From an uncultured Poribacteria bacterium (GTDB lineage Bacteria > Poribacteria > WGA-4E > WGA-3G): a stretch of 64,000 bases of DNA. This document shows, piece after piece, positions 10,730-18,745 of the stretch (position 1 is its first letter; every line of letters starts with the position of its first letter). A program made the translations under genes and the position numbers. The stretch is taken from assembly GCA_951813565.1 (NCBI GenBank), contig OX638351.1, positions 2,144,001 to 2,208,000 on the forward strand, given 5' to 3'. The notes beneath the pieces are model-generated. The model was not told the origin of the DNA, did not search any database, and was given only the letters and a program-made list of their open reading frames with translations.

Positions 10730-12367
10730 ATGATTTACAGGCAATGGTATTTTACATTTTTGTTAGTTATCTTGATTTCGCTCTGGATTGGAAACAGTGT
10801 CGCAGCAAATTCAACCGCTACTGGTACTGTTTTTCTGGATACAAATAGAAATCAAGTAATGGACGATAATGAGAAAGGGTTATCTGGGGTTCGCGTTTCT
10901 AATGGGCAGGATGTTGTCCAAACCGATGCCAACGGGAAATACTCACTTGCAGTCAGTGATGACACTATCCTTTTCGTCATTAAACCTCGTGGTTATATGA
11001 CACCGATTGATAAAAACCGACTCCCAAAGTTTTATTACATTCACAAACCACTCGGTTCACCAGACGGATTAAGGTATGCCGGCGTCGCTCCAACAGGACC
11101 GTTACCAGAGTCGATTGATTTTCCCCTCACTGAACAGTCCGAACCTGACACCTTTAAGGCACTCGTCTTCGGGGATACACAACCCAATAATATGCAAGAG
11201 ATTGAGTGGTTGGCTCATGATGTGGTTGAAGAAGTTATTGGTACTGATGCGGTGTTCGGACTCAGCCTTGGTGATTTGGTAGGTGACGATCTAAACTTAT
11301 TCGATCCGCTTAACGAGGTGCTGGCTACTGTTGGGATACCGTGGTACAACGTCTACGGTAACCATGATATGAACCGTCTTGCTAAAGTTGACCACTTCGC
11401 CGATGAGACCTTCGAACGCGTTTATGGTCCCACCTCCTATTCCTATGATTGGGGACCAGTCCATTTCATCATTATCGACAATGTCCATTGGTCCCGTGAT
11501 GAGGAAAATAAAGTTATCTACTTCAGTGAGGTAGGAGAGCGGCAGTTGACGTTTGTTCGAAATGATCTTGCTTTTGTACCGAAAGACCAGCTTGTTGTGA
11601 TATCCATGCATATTCCATTGACGGAGATGCGTGATGTACAGAAATTGATGAATCTTCTCGGTGACCGTCCCCATACATTATCTTTGTCCGCACACTCACA
11701 TGTACAACATGATGATTTCATTGGACCTGAGCACGGTTGGCATGGCGATGACGCACATCATCACCACAATCATGCAACCACATCAGGCAGCTGGTGGCAG
11801 GGTACGTTTGATGAAGTTGGTATTCCCCACACAACGATGCGAGATGGTGCCCCCAATGGATATGGCATCTTCACATTTGATGGAAATCAATATACAATCC
11901 GATTTAAGGCTGCCCGTCGACCCTCTGAGTACCAAATGAATATATGGGCACCATGGGAAGTGGCGTCGTCGGAAACTGGCAATATTGATGTACTGGTTAA
12001 CATCTTTGGTGGCACTAAGCGTTCAAAGGTTGAAATCCGTCTGGGTGAAGTCGGGAAATGGAAACCGATGACCTATACGCCTCAGAAAGACCCGTACTTT
12101 CAAGCACTCAAAGAACGGGACGAAACGTACCACCTTGAACGGCAATTGCATACTGAAATACGGGCAACAATGAAGGAAATGCTGAAGGAAGACAACCAAC
12201 TGCCACAAAGAGGAAGACGGCTTATTTACGGTGTTCCAAAGTCAACGCACATCTGGCAATCGAAACTCCCTGCAAATATCCCAATAGGAACACACGTTAT
12301 CAACGTCCGTACTACCGATATGTTTGATCAAACTTTCATAGGGAAACGAATCATCCGAGTACGATAA
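10730..12367 (+). CDS. Secreted calcineurin-like metallophosphoesterase
   Basis: Signal peptide; GVRVSNG N-domain; GDTQ, LGDLVGD, GNHD, SAHSH, SGSWW, DGAPNGY. Confidence 0.88.
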   Translation: MIYRQWYFTFLLVILISLWIGNSVAANSTATGTVFLDTNRNQVMDDNEKGLSGVRVSNGQDVVQTDANGKYSLAVSDDTILFVIKPRGYMTPIDKNRLPKFYYIHKPLGSPDGLRYAGVAPTGPLPESIDFPLTEQSEPDTFKALVFGDTQPNNMQEIEWLAHDVVEEVIGTDAVFGLSLGDLVGDDLNLFDPLNEVLATVGIPWYNVYGNHDMNRLAKVDHFADETFERVYGPTSYSYDWGPVHFIIIDNVHWSRDEENKVIYFSEVGERQLTFVRNDLAFVPKDQLVVISMHIPLTEMRDVQKLMNLLGDRPHTLSLSAHSHVQHDDFIGPEHGWHGDDAHHHHNHATTSGSWWQGTFDEVGIPHTTMRDGAPNGYGIFTFDGNQYTIRFKAARRPSEYQMNIWAPWEVASSETGNIDVLVNIFGGTKRSKVEIRLGEVGKWKPMTYTPQKDPYFQALKERDETYHLERQLHTEIRATMKEMLKEDNQLPQRGRRLIYGVPKSTHIWQSKLPANIPIGTHVINVRTTDMFDQTFIGKRIIRVR

Positions 12368-12442
12368 TCCGAATATTGGTATTCAATCAGTATTACAGAC
12401 AAGGTAGATGCGTTTTGTAAACACACCAGTCCTTTAGGTAAA

Positions 12443-12516
12443 TTAATTGATGAAGTTCGTATATACGAAAGGGCTCTTTCTAAAGAAGAGATATCTAATA
12501 ATATGAATGCTGAAGG
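12443..12516 (+). pseudogene. 3' relic of a LamG-domain gene cut at the IS607 left end
   Basis: Translates LIDEVRIYERALSKEEISNNMNAEG, similar to LIDEVKVWNRPLTADEL in the LamG protein at 31367. Confidence 0.6.
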
Positions 12517-12549
12517 TTGAGTAACAGTATCTAAAAATCTACATTTTTC

Positions 12550-12578
12550 TTGACATTCCTTTATATTTATGTGATACT
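12550..12578 (+). promoter_or_regulatory. IS607 tnpA promoter, probably giving a leaderless transcript
   Basis: TTGACA-17 nt-GATACT; ATG 6 nt downstream with no SD. Confidence 0.55.
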
Positions 12579-12584
12579 ATATAC

Positions 12585-13172
12585 ATGACTTATGTATCAG
12601 CGCGCAAAGCAAGTGAGCTGCTGGATTATACACCTGACCATTTACGGAGGTTGGCAAATGAAGGAAAGATTGATATTATCCGCACAGAAGGCGGACACAG
12701 ACGCTATGATGTTGACGGATACATCAAAAGCAAATCCAAATCAATTGCAACTGTTTGCTATAGCAGAGTATCCAGCACAAAGCAAAGAGACGACCTTGAA
12801 CGACAAGTTGAATATATGCAAAGTATCTACCCCGAAGCAGAAGTTATCCGAGACATCGGAAGCGGTATCAACTTCAAAAGAAAAGGGCTTAGAACCTTAT
12901 TGGAACGGCTTATGCAAGGTGATAAGCTCCAAGTTGTTATTGCCCATCGGGATAGACTCGCCCGATTCGGTATCGACCTTATACGATACCTCATTGAACA
13001 AAACGGTGGCGAACTCGTGGTTCTCGATCAAACAGAACACAGTCCGCAAGAGGAACTCACGCAGGATCTTCTCGCAATCCTGCATGTCTTCAGTTGCCGG
13101 ATGCACGGGCTCAGAAGTTACCGTGACAAAATCAAAGAAGATAAGAGTTTATCCGACGACAGAACAACGTGA
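12585..13172 (+). CDS. tnpA: IS607 serine transposase
   Basis: N-terminal MerR-like HTH (RTEGGHRRYD), YSRVSS catalytic Ser, DIGSGINFKRKGL, HRDRLARFG. Confidence 0.95.
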   Translation: MTYVSARKASELLDYTPDHLRRLANEGKIDIIRTEGGHRRYDVDGYIKSKSKSIATVCYSRVSSTKQRDDLERQVEYMQSIYPEAEVIRDIGSGINFKRKGLRTLLERLMQGDKLQVVIAHRDRLARFGIDLIRYLIEQNGGELVVLDQTEHSPQEELTQDLLAILHVFSCRMHGLRSYRDKIKEDKSLSDDRTT

Positions 13173-14241
13173 AACACTTCGGCAGTGGTTTGGCACAGCA
13201 CGTTTCACTTACAATAAAACCGTTGCTTTGTTAAACGAAACAGACATAAAAGCGAATTGGAAAGCGATAAAAACAGGTATTCTTCACGATCTTCCTGAAT
13301 GGAGTAAAGAAACACCGTATCAAGTGAAATCTGTTGCTATCCGAGATGCTTGTATAGCTGTCCGAGAAGCAAAGCGAAAATGTAAGAAAACAGGACAATA
13401 TCAATCTGTTTTCTTCAAATCTAAACGTCGTCCATCAGATAGTATTTTCATGCCGAAGTCTTCCATAAAAAAACAAGGTGTTTACCACACCTTGCTGGGA
13501 CACCTCAAAATGTCAGAGACGCTGCCTGAGAATATCTGTGACTCCCGACTGGTAAAAGAGCATGACAAATACTATTTATGTATATCTTATACTGTAACAA
13601 CTCCGAAGCGAAAGCCAAACGGAAGTGTTGTTGCTTTAGACCCAGGCGTGAGAACATTCCTCACATATTTTCATGAGCGTGGTTTCGGATGGCTTGGACA
13701 CCATGCTATTAATCGGATTCAAAGACTTTGTTCACACCTTGATAATCTTTTATCCCGTGCAACTAAAGCAACTCAACAATCACGCAAGAATATGAGACGT
13801 GCTGCGAATAGAATACGCAAACGTATCAGAAATCTTGTTGACGAGTTGCATCATAAAATAGCACGTTTCCTTGTGGATACCTTTGATATTATCCTACTCC
13901 CTACTTTTGAGACTTCAGATATGGTAATGCGTGGAAAACGCAAACTACACAAGAAGTCTGCCCGACAAATGTTGACACTGTCGCACTACAGATTCAAACA
14001 GTTTCTAAAGCACAAAGCGAAAGAGACTGGATGTATCGTCCTTGATGTCTGTGAAGCATACACATCAAAAACAGTGTCGTGGAATGGTGAGATTAGAAAA
14101 TCACTCGGTGGACGAAAGATAATCAAAGATAGTGCCGGACTCAAGATGGACAGAGACTTGAATGGCGCACGCGGGATATTCCTGCGTGCTTTGGTAGATG
14201 AACCCTGGTTACTATCTATGAGTAACTTGCAAACCGTATAA
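12592..14241 (+). CDS. tnpB: IS607 TnpB RNA-guided nuclease, Fanzor2/pro-Fanzor-like; true start uncertain (ATG 12592 to ATG 13084)
   Basis: KIRVYPT, WFGTARFTYN, ALDPGVRTF, ILLPTFET, VCEAYTSKT, MDRDLNGARGI. Confidence 0.88.
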   Translation: MYQRAKQVSCWIIHLTIYGGWQMKERLILSAQKADTDAMMLTDTSKANPNQLQLFAIAEYPAQSKETTLNDKLNICKVSTPKQKLSETSEAVSTSKEKGLEPYWNGLCKVISSKLLLPIGIDSPDSVSTLYDTSLNKTVANSWFSIKQNTVRKRNSRRIFSQSCMSSVAGCTGSEVTVTKSKKIRVYPTTEQRETLRQWFGTARFTYNKTVALLNETDIKANWKAIKTGILHDLPEWSKETPYQVKSVAIRDACIAVREAKRKCKKTGQYQSVFFKSKRRPSDSIFMPKSSIKKQGVYHTLLGHLKMSETLPENICDSRLVKEHDKYYLCISYTVTTPKRKPNGSVVALDPGVRTFLTYFHERGFGWLGHHAINRIQRLCSHLDNLLSRATKATQQSRKNMRRAANRIRKRIRNLVDELHHKIARFLVDTFDIILLPTFETSDMVMRGKRKLHKKSARQMLTLSHYRFKQFLKHKAKETGCIVLDVCEAYTSKTVSWNGEIRKSLGGRKIIKDSAGLKMDRDLNGARGIFLRALVDEPWLLSMSNLQTV

Positions 14242-14291
14242 GATGTGAAATGCCCAGCATTGCACGGAAATATACAGGTTAATATCATCGG

Positions 14292-14484
14292 CCACGGAGG
14301 AGCGACCATGGCAGAAGTCGAGATTCCATGGATTATCAATGGTCCGGGAATCTTACCTGCAAAAGAACTGAATAAATTCGTGAACATCTACGATACAGCA
14401 GCGACGGTTGCACACATTTTCGGTTTGACTCCACCGGACTGTTGGATTGCAAAACCTGTATTGGAGGCGTTTGGTTTACCATAA
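14292..14484 (+). pseudogene. C-terminal relic of an alkaline phosphatase/phosphodiesterase-family gene
   Basis: HGGATMAEVEIPWIINGPG..DTAATVAHIFGL..W begins exactly at the IS607 right end. Confidence 0.65.
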
Positions 14485-14747
14485 TCTTTTTTGATGACCT
14501 AATGACAATTTGCTGTTCACCTATAAACAAACTATTCAAGTGGTAGATCGTGATACCTTATTCACTTAATCTATCTGGTATGATGATCAGTTTCGTCGGT
14601 TTGCACCATTATTTTAGCACTCCCCGTCAAACCCCGTGCCTTTAGGTAGGGGATGTAGACGGCGAAAGGTTTGATTTAAATAAACTTGGCAATCTAATCA
14701 AAATGTGGTATAATATATCATATACTATAATGAAAAGGCAAGATATT

Positions 14748-15167
14748 ATGCCACTAAAAATCGCTAATAAGAAACGTAATTACAAAACAAGCAACAGGAC
14801 AGTCTATAGTTGCCAATATCACGTTATCTGGTGTGTGAAGTATAGGCGTAAGGTTTTAGAGACACAAATACAAGGTAGACTGAAACAACTCATAGAAGAA
14901 AAACAAGACGAGTATGAGTATCAAATCCGTGAGGTTGAAACACAACCTGAACATGTTCACTTGCTCATAGAAATCCCGCCAATGCATTCTATTGATAAAA
15001 TCGTTGGAAAAATCAAAGGCTATACGGCTAAAGTTTTACGTGAAGAATACCCAAGTTTGAAAAGTCGTTTGCCCTCTCTTTGGACACGGAGCAAGTTTGT
15101 GAGTTCCTGTGGTGGTGTAACACTCAAAGTGATAAAAGACTATATTGAAGGTCAAAGCGGACAATGA
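14748..15167 (+). CDS. tnpA: IS200/IS605 HUH (Y1) transposase
   Basis: YHVIWCVKYRR, EHVHLL (HUH), LWTRS, IKDYIEGQ catalytic Tyr. Confidence 0.95.
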   Translation: MPLKIANKKRNYKTSNRTVYSCQYHVIWCVKYRRKVLETQIQGRLKQLIEEKQDEYEYQIREVETQPEHVHLLIEIPPMHSIDKIVGKIKGYTAKVLREEYPSLKSRLPSLWTRSKFVSSCGGVTLKVIKDYIEGQSGQ

Positions 15168-16276
15168 GAAAAGCGGACAAGTTCAAACTTCAAAACCAAT
15201 CTAACACAATCAAACTCGGCAATATGCTTGATGATATGTGGGAAATCCATGTGCATATCATGCGTTTGGAGCGTAGGTATTATCGCATGTTCGGCAAAAA
15301 TTTGTCTGCGTATCGTCTGAAGGCACATGTTGCGAAACTCAAAAAAACAACTAAACCACACTGGGCGGACTTGCCGAGTCAAGTTGTTCAAGACGTTGTG
15401 CTGCGTTATGGTAAATCTCAAGACGCTTTCTTTGAGAATATCGAAGACCGAAAAGCGGGCAAAACAACGCGTAAAGTGGGTAGACCGAAAATCAAACCGA
15501 GACACAAATACAACTCCATGACCTTCACACAAGCGGGCTACAAACTTGAAGAGAACCGTATCAAAATCAACTGTATAGATACATGGTTTTCCTTTCACAA
15601 ACACCGTGAAATCAAAGGTGTCATCAAGACGATCACAATCAAACGTGACAGGTGCGGTGACTATTGGATATGCTTTTCGTGCGAGAATGTTGAGGATTCC
15701 GAACCCAAACCCAAGACAGGTAAGAGCGCAGGATTTGATTACGGAAACAAAACATTCCTCACAAGCGACGAAGGTGACACAATAGAATCCCCGCAGTTTT
15801 TCAAACAATCACTCAACACGTTGCGAGCTCTCAACAAAGCACTCAGTCGTAAAGTCAAAGGTTCTAACAACTATTATCGTGCGTGCCGTGCTTTGGCAAG
15901 ACAACACAGAAAAGTTGCCAGACAAAGAGAAGATTGGCAGTGGAAACTTGCTACCCAACTTTGCACGGAGTTTGATACACTCTACTTTGAAACTTTGAAC
16001 CTTGATGGTATGAAACGGCTTTGGGGACGCAAAGTCTCTGACCACGCCTTCTACCATTTCGGACAGATACTGGAACAGAAGTGTGTGAAGCACGGTAAAA
16101 AACTTGTCCAAATCAGTCAATGGACAGCAACGATAAAACCTTGCAGTGATTGTGGATACCATAACGAAGAACTCTCTCTCGCAGATAGACAGTGGACATG
16201 CCCCGAATGTGGCTCACACCACGACCGAGACATCAACGCTGCTATCAATATCAAACGGGCAGGCTTGGCTGCCTAA
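15164..16276 (+). CDS. tnpB: IS605 TnpB RNA-guided endonuclease
   Basis: RuvC D (GFDYG), E (YFETLN), D (DRDINAAINI); zinc finger CSDC..CPEC; ATGA overlap with tnpA. Confidence 0.93.
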   Translation: MRKADKFKLQNQSNTIKLGNMLDDMWEIHVHIMRLERRYYRMFGKNLSAYRLKAHVAKLKKTTKPHWADLPSQVVQDVVLRYGKSQDAFFENIEDRKAGKTTRKVGRPKIKPRHKYNSMTFTQAGYKLEENRIKINCIDTWFSFHKHREIKGVIKTITIKRDRCGDYWICFSCENVEDSEPKPKTGKSAGFDYGNKTFLTSDEGDTIESPQFFKQSLNTLRALNKALSRKVKGSNNYYRACRALARQHRKVARQREDWQWKLATQLCTEFDTLYFETLNLDGMKRLWGRKVSDHAFYHFGQILEQKCVKHGKKLVQISQWTATIKPCSDCGYHNEELSLADRQWTCPECGSHHDRDINAAINIKRAGLAA

Positions 16277-16425
16277 AGTGGAGCGACACTAAGACGGTCA
16301 ACTCTCTGAGAAAACCGCAGTCGCAAGGAAGCACAAGCCCCTACCTTTAGGTAGTGGGTACCTATGACGTAACACTCTCTCTAAATACTATTCATTATAA
16401 CTGATAATATCATGAGGAGATTATT

Positions 16426-17268
16426 ATGATATACAGGACAATAAAATCAATTACAAAGGCGATCCTTGTAATCGCTTTATGTTTTACAACACTACCAATT
16501 TTGGGGGCTGAAACAGTAATTTTTGAAGAAGATTTTGAGGCAGTGAAACTTGAAGATAGCATAGAGGAAGGGGTAAAAGGCGTTAAAGTTTGGTCAGGTA
16601 TACCACCTGAAGGTTGGGAAATTACAAACGAAAATCCTAAAGACCTCGGCATGCCCGAATGGCGAACGTGGGCAATTGTTGACCTTGAGTGGTGGAGACA
16701 AACTGCTGGTGACCAAGAACGCAGTCAGTTCACTACGAAACAGAAGGACGGTAAAGGTATAGGGAATGGCGCGGTTTCAGACCCAGATGAGTGGGACGAT
16801 TGGGAAGTAAACGGTGACCCCGACGGTAAAAGTGCCTGGAACGGTCACTTAATTACGCCCTCTATTAAAATCAAAGGTGCAGCTGCGGAATCACTTGTTT
16901 TAACATTTGATTCCAGTTGGCGCCCTGATGACCCCCAAAGAGGTGAGATAACAGTAAGTTTTGACGGCGGTAAGGAAGAGCAAATTTTATTATTTGAGAG
17001 TTCTGGTGCACAGACCCTTGTTACCATTCCTACTCTAAGGAAAAATGAGGAAAAAGTAAACGATTTAGAACAGGTAAACGAAACTTTAGAAATCCCGATT
17101 GACAATCCTGCGGATGCCACTGAAATTGTTATTAGTTTCGGTCTCCTTAATGCCCGGAATGATTGGTGGTGGGCGATAGATAACATCAAACTCATAAGCA
17201 CTGCATTTGATGTAGAACCGAGAGATAAATTAGCAGTGAAATGGGCAGAAATAAAACGCTTAAAATAA
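16426..17268 (+). CDS. Secreted acidic beta-sandwich protein with conserved C-terminal K-L-x3-W-x2-IK tail
   Basis: Signal peptide; FEEDFE, DWWWAIDNI; ends DVEPRDKLAVKWAEIKRLK. Confidence 0.7.
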   Translation: MIYRTIKSITKAILVIALCFTTLPILGAETVIFEEDFEAVKLEDSIEEGVKGVKVWSGIPPEGWEITNENPKDLGMPEWRTWAIVDLEWWRQTAGDQERSQFTTKQKDGKGIGNGAVSDPDEWDDWEVNGDPDGKSAWNGHLITPSIKIKGAAAESLVLTFDSSWRPDDPQRGEITVSFDGGKEEQILLFESSGAQTLVTIPTLRKNEEKVNDLEQVNETLEIPIDNPADATEIVISFGLLNARNDWWWAIDNIKLISTAFDVEPRDKLAVKWAEIKRLK

Positions 17269-17329
17269 CCCGCAACATTATGAGCAACTCAACCTCGCCT
17301 AAAATTCGGCAAACTAACCTTCAAGAAGT

Positions 17330-17365
17330 GTAATGCCCTTTCCCTCAAAGGCATTACCCTTTTAT
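17330..17365 (+). terminator. Intrinsic terminator
   Basis: GTAATGCC..GGCATTAC stem followed by CCTTTT. Confidence 0.55.
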
Positions 17366-17368
17366 ATT

Positions 17369-17484
17369 TTATACCATTTCTAAACAATAACTTCTCATTA
17401 ACAAAAATGCGTTTGTAGTCGCGCAATTTATTGCGCCTCGGACATTTCTTTCAAAGAAAAATAATTCATAGCATTGGTATTATA
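17369..17484 (+). repeat. MITE-like cassette with internal GTAG-REP hairpin, copy 1
   Basis: Near-identical to the reverse complement of 42418-42538; imperfect TATACCA..TGGTAT ends. Confidence 0.8.
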
Positions 17485-17594
17485 TCAAATTAACCTGATT
17501 CCACTCGATAGGCACGCTTTGTAAGCGCACCTAATCCACAAAGAATACCATAAATCAGCTAATTTGGTATTATTGACTTGTAGGAGAAAGTGTC

Positions 17595-18647
17595 ATGAAA
17601 ATATTAGTAACTGGCGGCACGGGCCGTATTGGATCAAATCTTACCAAAAGACTATTAGAAAAGGGACACGAAATCCGTTGTTTTACCTATCCCGGTGATA
17701 CCAATCGTGTTGACAGATGGAAAGGTAATAACAAAGTTGAAACTTTCCTCGGTGATCTGCGCGAATACGAAGATGTTAAAAAAGCCGTTGACGGTGTAGA
17801 TGCAATCTATCACATTGCTGCAGCTTTTGGCGGTCCGTTTAATAACCGTGATTATTTGGCTATCAACGGAATGGGCACGCTCAACATTTTAGAATGTGTC
17901 CGCGAATTCAATAAAAACATACATCGCCTCGTCTATGCGTGTACCGAAGCAATCTATTGGCGTCTAACGGAAAAAGGGAGACTTTTCAACGAACTCATCA
18001 CGGAGGATATGGTCGCCAAATACCACAACATGCCTTATTTCCTCACGAAATGGATCGGCGAAGAACTTTGCATGACGTATCACCACCAATACGGTGTGCC
18101 TTCTACAGTGTTTCGGTTTGCTACTGTCATTGAACCGAGCGAATTTCTCAATAACGATGGATTACCCAAACTATTTGTCTTTAGCACTATCTATAACCGA
18201 TACAAAAACTATAAAGGCAACGACCCAGTTGAATTAGAGACTGCAGAAGCGGTAATGAAAGCGTGGAACGGAGAAGAAAAGTTTATACTCAAACGGAACC
18301 CTGACGGACGTCCTTACAAAGAACATTTTGCCGATATACGTGATATTGTTCAGGGATTGGTCTTAGGAATAGAAAAGGATGCTGCTGTCGGTGAAGAATT
18401 CACCCTCGGTGGAAAAGGTGTTTTTAATTTCGCAGAGGTTATTCCTTACCTATGTGAACGCTATCATAAGGATTTCGCCGATATAAAACTCCCGAATACC
18501 AACTATTTTGAGTTTGATCTCAGCAAAATCAAAACCTTATTGGACTATGAACCGGAACATGATATAGCAAGCATCCTTGATGCAGCAGAAGCGATGGGGC
18601 GTGGCGAAGATGTTGGCATCATCCCAACAGGGGTACGATGGGGTTGA
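17595..18647 (+). CDS. NAD-dependent epimerase/dehydratase (extended SDR)
   Basis: ILVTGGTGRIG, HIAA, YFLTK (YxxxK). Confidence 0.88.
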   Translation: MKILVTGGTGRIGSNLTKRLLEKGHEIRCFTYPGDTNRVDRWKGNNKVETFLGDLREYEDVKKAVDGVDAIYHIAAAFGGPFNNRDYLAINGMGTLNILECVREFNKNIHRLVYACTEAIYWRLTEKGRLFNELITEDMVAKYHNMPYFLTKWIGEELCMTYHHQYGVPSTVFRFATVIEPSEFLNNDGLPKLFVFSTIYNRYKNYKGNDPVELETAEAVMKAWNGEEKFILKRNPDGRPYKEHFADIRDIVQGLVLGIEKDAAVGEEFTLGGKGVFNFAEVIPYLCERYHKDFADIKLPNTNYFEFDLSKIKTLLDYEPEHDIASILDAAEAMGRGEDVGIIPTGVRWG

Positions 18648-18745
18648 AAATAAATTGCCTTGAAAACGACAGAAAAATGCGTTAAACTTAAGTTATAGGA
18701 TAGATTTAGACCTTAAAAGTATTTGAGAATGTTAGGAGATACACC

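Larger units (their letters stand above)
12515..14291 (+). mobile_element. IS607-family insertion sequence (tnpA + tnpB)
   Basis: Serine-recombinase tnpA plus tnpB; ends inferred at GG dinucleotides (12515-16 and 14290-91) where the flanking gene relics stop and start; no terminal IRs, as expected. Confidence 0.85.
14618..16368 (+). mobile_element. IS200/IS605-family element (IS605 group)
   Basis: Y1 tnpA + tnpB; similar subterminal hairpins AAACCCCGTGCCTTTAGGTAGGGG (left) and CAAGCCCCTACCTTTAGGTAGTGGG (right); TTAG before the left end, TGAC at the right end. Confidence 0.88.

Noticed and set aside
15152..16162. Long antisense ORFs inside the IS605 tnpB
   Set aside because: No recognisable motifs or SD; shadow ORFs
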